In this document: positions 1 through 28,858 of the stretch, piece after piece
Position numbering within the stretch: position 1 is the stretch's first letter
Layout: every line of letters starts with the position of its first letter
Assembly (NCBI GenBank): GCA_964247055.1
Contig: OZ176053.1
Coordinates: 5,766,001 to 5,830,000 of the forward strand
Source of the DNA: Paragordius varius
Lineage: Eukaryota > Animalia > Nematomorpha
Reading direction: 5' to 3'
Length of the DNA: 64,000 nt
The notes under the pieces: generated by a model
What the model saw: the letters and a program-made list of their open reading frames with translations, nothing else
The model's database searches: none
Told to the model about the DNA's origin: nothing
Position numbers and translations under genes: made by a program

Positions 1-502
1 AGCTTGGCTAAAACAACAACGATAAAATTTGTAACAGATTCAGTTAGCGGGCCGCATTCGGCTTTACGCTACTTTCTCTGAGGTTCGTGAAACATTAATA
101 AAAAAGAGTGCTTTTCAGATAAAATTATCACATATACAGCATTTAGGTTTAATTGGTTCTTAAGAAATAAAATTAGTTAAAATTATTTGGCTGTATGATA
201 AAATCATAAGAATGATTTTTATTAAATGAATTTGTGGTTATTAACATAAATGAGTATTCTTATTAAACATTATCATAGCAGATAGAACATAACATGTTAG
301 TTATTCTGTTACCGATATTTTTTCAAAAAGGCTCCTTTTTAATTTTAAATTAATTTACTGAACACAAAAGTTGCTTGGACGGGTAAAGTGTTGGTCAATT
401 TTTTTATTATCCAAGTTTAAGCCCAGATCAGATAATTTCGCTTTTGTAGAAAGCTATGTAAGATTTATAAAAGAAAGGTCGATAGAAATTTAGGTAAAAA
501 TA

Positions 503-2219
503 CTATCTGGCCCTGTCACGCTTCGCTGTAACGCAGTCTCACCAATAATTATTCTTAATAATTTGCAATAAATAGAGGTAATGAAGATAAAAAAATTAAA
601 AAAAAACATATTTAATAAAAAAATGTCTTTAAATAATCTTTTACAGGTTTTTGAAAAGGCTCAAATATTGTTTACTCCATATTGACCATATTTAAACTGT
701 TCCTTATTAAAGTTAATATTCACCTATCATTGGAATTATTTTAAGATTTTCATTTTAATGAATCAGGGTTAAAAGTTTTATTTTGAAATTGTGTTTACCC
801 AATACAGGAATATAAAGTAAATCATTTGTGGTCCCTTTATAAAGGAAAGAATGATATTAGAATTGCCCAGAATATGTTTAACTGAACTCGTATGGCTTCT
901 TAAGTTTTTTAAAAATTAGCTCCAAAACCACCCCATTTTTGTATGGCTCTCAGTTCTAAACCGGTAGACTCCTACCCATAGACCTATATGGAAAAGCGCT
1001 GAGTTAAATTGTTTGCCTTTATAGAGCAAATATTTGGAATCATCTTTGATACCATCGTCTCATGGGTTATTCGAAAAAATACCTCAACACTAAATAATCG
1101 TTATATGATGGCGTTTTATGGCATAAAGGACCCAAATCGGCTAATAAAAAACTGCTGACCTTTTTTACCTAGTTACGGGTAATATTTCAAGATTTTAATG
1201 AGCTCATATGCCTTCATAAACTCTCTGTAAATTCCCAAAACAACGCAATTATATAGTGGCGCAGTTTTTGGCGGTTAGTCCTAAACCAGGGGCAGGTATA
1301 AAAAAAAGCGTTGGGCAAAATTTTTCCTTTATATGGGGAATATCTGGAATTATCATGGATTCCATATGTTCCTATTTGACTCATAGGTTTTCTGATATTT
1401 GGCTTTAAAGGCATGATGTATCGATATGGAGACGCAGTTTTACGGGGGTAGCTCCCTACCCATAGGCTGATACAAAAAAAAGCGCTTGATTAGAATTTTT
1501 TCCTTTTTGCGGAAAATGCCTGGAATCAGGATTGATTCCATATTCTTAGTTTTTGGAAAAATGCCTCAGAACTGAAAAATCATTCTATGGTGGCGCATTT
1601 TTCAGGGCGTGAAGGGCCTATTTAACGGCTAATTTTAAAAAACCGTACTACTAAATTTTTGCCTTATCGCGGGTAATATTTTAAGCACCTATTTTAAACT
1701 CATATGTGATAGGTTTTCTAATTTAGCCCTAAAGGCACGCTATTTTGATACGATGGGGCAGTTTTTAGCGAGTATCTCCCTACCCAACAGCCAAAAAAAC
1801 GCACTACTAAAATTTTTACTTTTTAACAGGGGGTATCTAGAATCCTCATTGAATTCTAACGGTCTCAACCTTGGGCGAAAAATAGATCCAAGGAATTATT
1901 TTTGTGGACTTGGTTTTTTGAAAAAAATAGCATTTTACGGTAGGAGCGGGTAATAAGAGGGCCTAAATTAAAAAAGCGAGCCGACTACGTTCGACGCAAG
2001 AAAAAAAGAAAATAAAATCATATTTGAAATTAAATAGTGTAACTCGTTTTTCGGAAAATCGTCTACACGGGGTGAGCCCGAACTGGGAGCTAAATTCAAA
2101 AAAAGGGCAAAACTATTGTCGGGGCATTCTTTGATTATATTTTTTGAGATTTGGATTTAAATGGGTTTACCTGTTTCCGGAAACAGACCCCGCATTTTCT
2201 ATTTTTATAAATATATAGA
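503..2219 (-). mobile_element. Non-autonomous Helitron with internal degenerate tandem repeats
   Basis: The minus strand begins A|TCTATATATTTATAAAAATAGAAAATGC (5' TC end at 2219). It ends with a GC-rich CAGCGAAGCGTG hairpin-like segment followed by ATAG|T (degenerate CTAG, 503). Positions 2040-2219 align by eye with the element starting at 8155. There is no RepHel ORF. Confidence 0.7.
930..1830. repeat. Degenerate tandem repeat array inside the Helitron
   Basis: The motif GCAGTTTT...CTCC(C)TACCCA...AAAAAAGCG recurs near 950, 1260, 1435 and 1765, and GGCTAAT..AAAAAC...CGGGTAATATTT recurs near 1140 and 1625. Related sequence lies near 9815-9870. Confidence 0.55.
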
Positions 2220-5200
2220 TAGATTAATAGATACTATGCAATTTTAAAAAAATCAAAGAAAATAATAAAATACAACAATTTCCACAATATTCAATGATTG
2301 TTTATATTTGGGTAAAAATGCACAAGTGTATTCACGACCATGTGTGTATCTTTCATAAATTCTAATTTAAATTTTCTGAAAACAGGGAAAACCATTCCAA
2401 ATCAACAAATTTTTTAATTATTTAGGAATTTGCCATACATAGTTGATCCAATTTTATGAATTTGCCCCAGTGAACCCCTCCACCCCGCCCCCGCTCCATA
2501 TTTTGAAATTAAACGGGGAATTAATAATAAAACTAATTTACATCAAAATGTTTTTGATTACATTTTGTCAATTTTGATTATTAATTTTAAGTCAATTCTT
2601 ATATTATAGTTTTATCTAAGATTTAGACTCTATAAGTCGCAAGAATTAAAAAATTATCCAATGTGATAAAAAATATAAAAAGAAACCAATGCTACCTTGG
2701 CAGAACTCAAATTATAACTAAAAATCGCAATTTATGGAAAAGTTTTATATATAATTTGAGAAACGACGGTACCAATACATCCCATCCAATAATGATATTT
2801 TAGCAAAAACAACTCTTATATTAATATTTTTTTATAGTTTAAAACTGTGGAACAAAATACACGCCAATATGCATCCAGTGTTTATATGATATGTTTTCAA
2901 TAATACCATCGATTAGAAGTAGATACATTTTAAAGCGTTAGGATTCCTACATGTTTATTTAGGTAGAATGTCAAATTATAGAGAGGCGCTTTCTTAACAA
3001 CCCCTTGATAAAACTTAACTTACATGGTATAGATAACTAAAAAGTTATAAATATCAGTCACAAAGGTGTGACAAAACCGCCCTATTATTTAAATCTTTTT
3101 CGAAAGTCACAGCGACGCCTGCAAAATCATTGAATTATGCGCTTTATTTATATCATTTTATTGATATATATTTGGGACTTATAAATAATCATAAGCCAAT
3201 ATTTACAAAATATTATCATTTAAATTTTGCGGTAATTTTTTATAGTTATTTTTAGCTCCTTACAAGATAGTTTAAATTCAACGATAAAAACTATACATAT
3301 TTGAAACTCTGGGTTAATATGACGAAAACAAAAATTTTATGCCAAGAGTCCATTAACTTTGGAGGTTTTTGCTTCCACCATTAAAATTTTTCAAAACAAA
3401 TCTTATTTTAAACAAATTCTTGATGCCATTAAGAACTAACCCCGTTTCCATTCAACTTATTTGGTCTAATGAAAAGATTAATGTTGGAAAAGGCTAAAAT
3501 TATTATTTTGCATCAGAAAGATATTTTCCAAGTTTTATAAACGAAAATAAATGTATTACTTTTCCACGAATTTTTACAAATTACTATCTTAATTGATTTA
3601 AAACAAAAAGTTTTTTTAAATAATTAATGGCGTTAATAAAGCAATTTCTACAATATTGCATAAATTTAACCAACCAATTTATTGAAAAAATACAATATTC
3701 CTTGAAAAATATAATGTTGCTAAAATTAGTAACATTTGCGATAAAAATATATTTTTATTATCAAAAGGTTAATGTTCTAAAGATATCGTATGCAGAGAAA
3801 GCTATTAAGAAACTATTTTTGATAGCAGCTAAATTTGGTTAAATTTATTAAAAAAATAAAATATTTTTTACAGTTAAATAAAAAATATATACCTGTCCAA
3901 GGATTAGTTTACACAATAATAGATTTAGAATGAATTTATTTGATTTTTTTGTTAGATATAAAAAATAGAATGAGAGGATTAAAAAATATAAATTTTGTAA
4001 GAATAATAATGTGTAAAAGTCACATTTTTGGCAGAAATTCGGACATTATTTCTATTTATATATATGTATCGTTTTTTTTCTATACAAAAAAATGTATATG
4101 CAATTATCAAATTAATTTATATTTAATAATTATAATGCGTTGTGCTAGCTTTTACGCCTTTTGATGAAAGTGTGTGCGCATTTTTCGCGTAAATCGTAAC
4201 GGGATAGGAGAAAGGGTGGCGTGGCAAAAATATTGATTTTTCCAAGTAATCTCTCTTCTCTGCATCTACAACATTTATAAATAATTTTTATAATTTTTGA
4301 AGTTTATTAAATTTTGTCATAATCAATTATTCAGTCTTGTTTTGAGTACAAAAAAAATTCTTGTTTAAAATATGGAAGTAAACGTAATTATGTGTGCTTA
4401 TAATAAATATGCATCTATCTTAAAATTGTGTTTGCTGCTAATTTTATGAAAGTACATGATAGTCATGAAGGTTTTTAAAAAATATACATATTTAATTTAA
4501 GTATCAAAAAATCTTTGTTTCTTTTGTAAATATACTAATGGATTAATGTTTGGGAAAGTAAGATTTCAACCTAAATAACTAATTTTGATTGGGGTTAATT
4601 GAACACTGTATTTAGTTTTCTCATTTTTAATGTAATTTAAAATAAACTCATTGCTATCAGACAATTTAATTAAAACCCTTTTAGCTATTTAAAATACCAA
4701 ATGACCAATATTAGCTCTTATACTTGGAAGATGTATAATTAGATTTTTATACCATATATCTTTCGAACCTAAGCTTTATTAAAAATCAACATGTGCGATG
4801 CGAGTTTTGTATAAAATTATGCTGCTTTTTGTAGGTAGGCCCTTGTATGGTGTAAGTTGTCTTTGAGACAAAAAATGCATTTTTTATTTTGCATTTTATT
4901 CTTTTCACATAAAAACTTGTTGGCTTTTTCGATAGTTAAACTATGATATACTTGGATCCCAAGCAAAAAATACGTCTCATCAGTGTGTGTAATATTGAAC
5001 ATTTTTTGGAACTTTTTTACACAACTAGGTGGTCTTTTTTTTGTAAGAAAAAGTAGTTGAAAAAATAGGGCTTCGCCGTAAATTCGGTATTTTTCTTATG
5101 TTACGTGATGATTGAGTGATAAAGACATTTAATAAATTCCCTACCCCTTTGATGAAAAACACGCCTTTTGTCTATTTAAAGCAGGGAAGTTGTAAACGGG

Positions 5201-7233
5201 TATGAAATATTTGCATCCATTTTGTGATAAATATTATAAATAATTTTGGCAATAATTAAGATTTAAAATTATTTAAAAAATTTTTTTATCAGAAATTAGT
5301 TTTGTTAATAGTGCTGAGAAATCTGCGATGCGCCTATTATGCAAATAATTTACCCTAGTACTGAAAGCAATTCTAATATATAATATTACTAAAATGACAT
5401 TTTAGACACCTTTCCAAATTACTTACTATTTTTTGTAGCATTGGATTGTATAATTTATTTAAGAATTTTATAAAAAAATCTGTACAAATATGTAAAAATA
5501 AAAACATTTAACTAATAAATATTTTATGATAATCTTTCAAAGGATACACCTCTTTGATTAAAAACACGTTTTTTACATAAACAGTACTCTCATCTCATGA
5601 AAAAATATTTTTTTTATTTTGCATATATTACAAATGAATGAAAGATACTTTGTCACGATATATCTATACTTTGAAATTTACGACAAATGCTTCTATAAGA
5701 AAAACTTTCTTATATATTTTTCTCTAACACGCATAAAACGCTTACATAGCGAAAATGTTAGATCTTTTAACATTTACGGAATGTGAAATTTTGGGAAAAT
5801 TTTTATGGGAATTTATAACAATTTATTGATAAAAATCCTCGTGATAGTTTCTTTTATAAATTCATAATATGTATAAATATAATTTTATTTGATACAATTA
5901 ATATTCACTCAGGACCTTTTCACTTTTTTGTCATATTGAAAGTGGTAGTTTTATATTTCAGAGTAACGTTTTTGTATATAAATCACTTTTTGAAAGATAT
6001 TTAATTAAAATATCCTATGCCAACATTTCTCCTGTATAGGATAAAGAATTTTTACAGTTTGGTAACTTCGAAAGTCTAAAATCTTCAAAACACGATTGAA
6101 CTTAACAGTAGATTTTAAAAAATAAATCAAGTTTTGCTGGTAATATGCAACCTAAAAGCTTACTAAAGCAAATTATTTACATTTTCTATACATTTTAGGG
6201 TATATTTATACCTCACAACTCAATTATGTAAATAAACTAAATAAAATTTAATTATTAAACATTGTTCATATGTATTAGATATAAAAGCTCATATTACAGT
6301 TTTGTGACTTCTAGAGTCTAAAATTGCGACAGCTCCAAAATACGATTGAAACGAACATCTGATATATATCGAACAATATCAAGTGTTTTCTGATATGTAG
6401 CCTGAACGCTTAAAAATAATATTTACATTTTCCCGTTGCATTAAAGATTAAAAATTTATAAAAAATGGCGGAAAAAAAGTTTGAGATGGGGTTTTTTTAC
6501 AATTTTACATTTTTTTAATTTTTTTGGTTGGCTTAACTTAAATACTCTTTAAGTTCAAATTTCAAATCGCTCTACGATATACAACTTCTTTAAAGGGTAA
6601 TGAAGTGTTAATAAAAGAAAAATGGCGGCGAAAAATTGAGATAAGGTTATTTTTACAATTTTGCGTTTTTTCAAAAAAATTCTCTTATGCGCCCAAATTA
6701 AGAAAGCATATTTTTAATTAAGGCTAATACCTTACATACTTTTTGAGATATTCAAGTAAATCACTCTGGAGCTATCTAAACTATATTGCATTATATTAAA
6801 AATATTTTTTATAAAATAATCCATATATTTAAAAATTTCTTTTGTCATATTTTTCCATCAGGCATTAGATTCGTTTATTTTGAATGTTTATAGTTTGTGG
6901 TTAATATCAATATATTCATAGTTTCTATAAACTTGGTTAGCTCAACATCTTATTTTATTTAGTTTGGAACTGAACCTAGAGGCCTATTCAAAATGGCGGC
7001 ATGATCGGCGCAACTCTAAAAGAATAACCATTAATATAAAACGGGCCTACACGTTTTTTATGTTTCAAAGGTACGACTTTTTCTTTTTATTATTACATAG
7101 GGTGTCCAATTTAGGGACATCGTTACGTTTGGCCTGCTAGTTTTACATATCATCAGCTTTCAGAACTCAAAAAGCTAGGAGTCCGCATAAAAAACAGCTC
7201 CTTTTCAAATTTTATAACTTTTTTTATTATACA

Positions 7234-8043
7234 CCATTTACAATTCAAATTGACCCTAAAATAAATTGTGTTTTCGGACTCAAATAAATCATTATTAACA
7301 AGAGTGTCCTTAAACACTTGAAGTTGGTCCTTAAACATTTCAAGTTGGTCCTAAAACCCATGTTCTTTGAACACTTCAAGTTCCTTATTTAAATTTTGAT
7401 TTAACCATAATTTTTGCAGTGTATTTTTTTTATTTTATTATTTTTTATCCTAATTTTTTTATTTATTATATATTTACTCATTTAAAAATAAAAATTTATA
7501 TTTAAAATCACTTTTATTTATAAAACTAAATTTTTTTCCAATTTAACAAAATAGTTAACTTTTAAATTTTTCAATGAATTGTAATTAATAACCCAGAAAC
7601 TTATATATTTTTAATTAAGTGTATTATCTTATAAATATTCAAAATAATTTTAAGAACCTAATTAAGATACACGGTTTCTGAACAATCAAAAATTGATATT
7701 GATTTCAAAATTTATGTTAAATAATAGAAAACAGGTTACAAACGATAAAATATGAATAATAGACGATTTGATTAAAAGTTAAAAACAAAAAAAAGGAACA
7801 AAAATGTTCAAAGACCAACTTGAAGTGTTCAATGACCAACTTGAAATGTTCAAAAACCAACTTGGAGTGTTCAAGGACATTGAAGTGCAAATGGTATATT
7901 TATGGTTTAGTTTATTTTTTTCTGTATTTTTTTATTTTAAAACAAAATTTTATTCTTTTAATCTAATTATTAATCTAAAATAGACATAATTTATTTTAGG
8001 GTGAATTTGAATTGTTCAAGGGTGGATTACAAAAATTAAATGG
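7234..8043. mobile_element. Nested foldback/MITE elements (family A with CCATTTACA termini containing family B with 21-bp subterminal repeats)
   Basis: Outer TIRs: CCATTTACAATTCAAATTGACCCTAAAATAAA (7234) and TTATTTTAGGGTGAATTTGAATTG...AAATGG (8043). Inner inverted arrays of the 21-bp unit TTGAACACTTCAAGTTGGTCC lie at 7305-7380 and 7805-7875, ending GTGCAAATGG|TA at 7894. Confidence 0.7.
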
Positions 8044-8154
8044 TTTGGTTATATTATACTTTGAATATCTTTTATATATAACTTCTTATTAAAAAGCTTG
8101 TCATATATTATAGGCGTACATTTCACCTCATGTGTTTATGGACTATGCTTGGAA

Positions 8155-8878
8155 TCTATATATTTATAAAAATGGAAAATGCTGGCTTTGTGATCTGGTA
8201 CAGGAAAACCGGTAGACCCAATCAAATCCAAATATCGAAAAAATATAATCATTAATAAATGTCCCGACAATAGCTTCGCCCTTTTTTTGAAATAGGCCCC
8301 CAGTTCGGGCCCACCCCGTATGAAAAACGGTTTTTTTTAAAAAACAGAAGTCCACAAAATCGTGTTTTTGAGACAATTTTCCGGAGAACGTGTTGGACCA
8401 TTCAATTTAAAATATGATTTTTGTTTACTTATTTTCGATTGCGCCGAACATAGTCGTTTTTGATTTAGGCCTCTTTTTACCCGCTCCCCCCGTAAAATGC
8501 CATTTTTTTCAAAAAAAAAAAACAAAGTCCACAAAAATATTTTTTTGATTGTATTTTTTTGCCCACGGTATGAGACTGTAAAAATTCGAGAAAGATTTTT
8601 CGTATTGCCTGTTAAAAGGCAAAAACTTTAGTCAAGCGTTTCTTTGATGATAGATGCTGAGTAAGGAGTATCTATCATATGTATAGCATGTTAAAAGATA
8701 TATGGATATTAAAACATTATTTATGGTAATCTATATATTTATAAAAATGGAAAATGCTGGCTTTGTGATCTACAGGAAAAACGGTAGATCCATTCAAATC
8801 CAAACTTCGAACCCCCCCCCCCCCCCAGAAGTCCGAAGGACTTCCTCGGGCTGCGTAGCAGCACGAGATTCACGCTAG
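8155..8878 (+). mobile_element. Composite non-autonomous Helitron (two 5' ends, one 3' end)
   Basis: A|TCTATATATTTATAAAAATGGAAAATGCTGG occurs at both 8155 and 8730. There is a 3' hairpin GCTGC-GTA-GCAGC followed by CTAG|T at 8875-8879. Positions 8155-8330 are homologous to the reverse complement of 2040-2219. Confidence 0.75.
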
Positions 8879-9000
8879 TTAGGTTATATATTATAAATGA
8901 TTGTGATGATATATCTATTATAATGATTGAACATATATTTTAGCTTATCGAATTTTTATTAATAAATAATTGTTTTACTAACGTTTTTGTTAAGCTTTAA

Positions 9001-9552
9001 CACTTCGATTCAAATTGGGGTATCTAAATACCCCAGACTAAATTTAAATTAATATTTTTTAAAAACTACTGAAGAAAACGGTCTTAATTTATGCTTCTAT
9101 CCTAATAAAAATTATATAAATATGCCAAAATATCTTAATAAAATTTTGTTTTGAAAAAAAAGTTTCATGTCAAACTACTTCGACGCCATTTTTATTTTAC
9201 AAAATTTTTGCAAAATATCGTCTTCATTTAATTTTAAGGGTAAAACTAAAGTTTATTTTTGAAATAAATTACATCTAACATTGATATAAATAGAGAAAGC
9301 GGTTTATTTTGTATTATTTTTTAATTTTATAATTTGACACATGTCACGTTGACGAAATTTTTACATTTCGGTTTTAGCTTAAAATAAGTAATATCAAGTG
9401 TTTTTGAACAAAATTTATTATATATTTCGGTTTATTAATGTTATATAAGTGCAAAATTTTGCCATGGTTTCGATTCCTTCCATACTTTTTAAAGTATTTG
9501 ATTTTAAACAGGCCTGGGGTATCCAACTACCCGAATTCGAATCGAAGGACTA
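9001..9552. mobile_element. TTAA-associated (piggyBac-like) MITE
   Basis: The left end TTAA|CACTTCGATTCAAATTGGGGTATCTAAATACCCCAG matches the reverse complement of the right end CTGGGGTATCCAACTACCCGAATTCGAATCGAAGGACTAA over ~40 bp. The right TSD is imperfect and the interior is AT-rich and non-coding. Confidence 0.55.
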
Positions 9553-10833
9553 AAATGAGTGTGTTGTATCCAAGTGTTAAAGCAACTAATATTAAAATCT
9601 AGGTAAAAGTTCCATCACTTAATTTATTTTTTCTCGAATCTTTTTCGATCAATAATATGTTGAAAATTAGCTAAACCACAAAATTCTATTATTCAATTTT
9701 TTGTAGGTATTTAAAAGGTTTATTAAAGTGTGGTCATAAGACAAGCACAAAAAATCTGATGAATGATAATATATTATGATATGCATCATTTCAAGAAAGA
9801 GGGGAGTGAACTAAAAGGCTAATTTTAAAAAACGCCCGTAGGTGCAAATATTCCTAAAAATATACCTTGAATTTAAATGGGCCTAAACTTTTCCCATGCC
9901 TTAATTTTGACAAACCTATACAAGTATGAAGTTAATTTAGAGTCTAATTTAATAAAAATGGCTCAAAGATCCTCGCATAAAGGAAATTATAAAAAATATA
10001 ACTTATTGATATTTAATAGGGTGCACTTCCGGAAACATGCCTCAAAGGATTAAAGGTGCGTCAAAATGAGGGGCGAATCGCGAGTTCTAAAAATTAAAAA
10101 AAAACCATTGTTAAACTTTAATAGGCTCACTTGTTTGGGGAAATTGCTTCCAAACCAATATTTAGAAAAAGCCAACTTTTAGAGGGGCTAAACAGATTGA
10201 CTATAAATAATTGAGTGCCCTCGCATTTATAAATAAATAAAATATTTTTTTAAATTAAATGGTTTTAAACGTTTGCCACCAACACGCATCATCCAATATT
10301 TTAAAACTCCCATTCTAATATGCGCGAGGCTGAACTACGTGGCTAGACATGGCGCTCTCCACGGCACATTCGTTGAAAATGGCAAAACCTTAAATTTTAT
10401 ATTTTTATCCGACGAGACTTAGCTGAGGAGCTAATTTAAATATCACTACTTTCGACGCCTTCGTAAAAAAATAAAAATCCCTTTTTTGAATCTCCATGTT
10501 TCCCGAAAAAAATGCTTACAAACAAATTTTAAAAGAAGTGGAGCTGTATTGTTCCTAAAACGGTTCAGTCACATTTCCAATTTGCAAAACAAAAATATAT
10601 TTAAAAAATTATTCCTGATTATCGGAGACGTGCATTAAACTCAGAAATAAGCTTAAGCCAACAACATTTGATTTCTCTCAAATTATATACTTTTTATCAT
10701 GTATTTAATGTGAATCAATTTAGCGCACCGTTAATACTAAAATATCTAATTATTTAGATGTGAAAATTATTTTTATCACATAAAATAAATATTGTTCATA
10801 CATTAGTATGCATGCTCCTCGCTTCAACTACAC

Positions 10834-27257
<16,424 letters not shown>

Positions 27258-28225
27258 ATTAATTTCCACTAAGTAATTGCCCAAATTTGCCCTATAACTT
27301 TGTTTTATGATAACAATAGTCCCAAATTTTGTTGTGTATTCAATATATTAGGGTCCATTTTGTTTATTCTGTATTTCATTTTTCCAAATAATGCAATTCA
27401 TAATAGCTTAAGAAGATAAATTTAATATTATTTTTACACAAATTATATTTGTAAAAATTCATTTTTCCTAATCAACAAATATTTTGACCAAATGTGATAA
27501 TTATAATTCCATGATTAAATCATTTATAATAAAATTTGAGTTTGCATATTACTTTTAAATGTGTAGCAAAAATGGGGAACTAAAAATAAATGTTATGAAT
27601 CATATATCATTCGATAGCTAAACGCTTTAGCATAATGAATATCGAAAAGATATATGCGGTTAAAATACTAGATTAAGGTCTTTTAATGTTTCTGATACTA
27701 GTGAAAATCCAAACCGCATTTTTATCGCAGATCTGATAAAATTATTTACAACATAGGAAAACGCGTCAACTAATTTTTATAAGTTAACGTGAGTCATAAG
27801 GATAATTAATATAGATGAAAATTTTACATTTTTTCAGAGCCTCTTAGAAAGACTTATGAGATTTAAAGCTAAAAAAATCGCGCTTTGGCATCAAATTTAG
27901 AAAAACTTTTAATGCGGTAGATGAATTTAAATTTTTTATTAACTATGTATTTACTATAATATTATAAAGTTTACCCCTATATTCTCTTAAAAAATGATTT
28001 TAGTTTAATTATAAAAGAAGTTTTTCGATGATATGACCAAAGCGAAAACAATATAATGGTGAAAAAATATTTAACGACTCAGTTTTGTATTTAGGAAGTA
28101 TTTATGCCCAGAACCGGGATCGATAGCCAAGCGCCAAAATATTTAATTACAATTTTTGGGTAACCCTAAATCAAAAAATTGAGTGATATATGTTTTTTCC
28201 CGCATCGATTGTTTGGAAAAAGTAT

Positions 28226-28261
<36 letters not shown>

Positions 28262-28263
<2 letters not shown>

Positions 28264-28725
28264 GTTTGCACTTCAAGTTGGTCCATTAACACTTCAAGTT
28301 GGTCCTTAAAATTTTTAAATTTAATTAAACCATAATTTTTGCATTTAATTTATTATTTTTAAAATAAAATTATTTATTAAAAAAACACTTTTTTGTTTTA
28401 AACTATTTTTTTCCAATTTGACAAAATTAATAATTTTATTTGAATGAAAAATTGTAAATCAGGAAACTTATTTTTTTAAATATCCAAAATAATTTAAATA
28501 AATTTATACTATTTCTGAATGAATAAAAGGTGATATTGATTTGAAATTTTAAATAATAGAAAATAGGTTAAAAATAAAAAAAAAGGTAAATGATATACAA
28601 TTTTATTGATAAAAGTTAAAAAATAAACAAAAAAGTCAAAGGACCAACTTGAAGTGTTCAAGGACTAACTTGAAATGTTCGAGGACCAACTTGAAGTGTT
28701 CAAAAACACTCTTAAAGTACAAATA
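28262..28725. mobile_element. Family B foldback element adjacent to (TA)n
   Basis: (TA)n|CCGTTTGCACTTCAAGTTGGTCC repeats on the left. Three inverted GGACCAACTTGAAGTGTTCAA units followed by CACTCTTAAAGTACAAAT lie on the right. Confidence 0.7.
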
Positions 28726-28817
28726 ACATAATAAAGTGATGTTTTGTGAAAATATACGCTACTTCTGGGTGCATTATCAACAAAGTTTGTATTTTATATA
28801 AGGCCTCATTTAAACGC

Positions 28818-28858
<41 letters not shown>

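Noticed and set aside
4195-4240. GGGTGGCGTGGCAAAA resembling the Drosophila DINE-1 core
   Set aside because: The match is too short and no element termini were found.
6461-7000. Repeated AAAATGGCGG (YY1/Pho-like) motifs
   Set aside because: Two of the three lie in degenerate tandem repeat units that look transposon-derived, and no gene start is nearby.
7305-7875. 21-bp repeats that superficially resemble a CRISPR array
   Set aside because: The units are head-to-tail without unique spacers, occur as inverted arms of a foldback element, and there are no cas genes in this eukaryotic context.
1214-8534. Short ORFs of 60-75 aa from the ORF track in the first 10 kb
   Set aside because: They lie in Helitron, MITE or low-complexity DNA, many start at non-ATG codons, and none has a recognisable motif or splice context.
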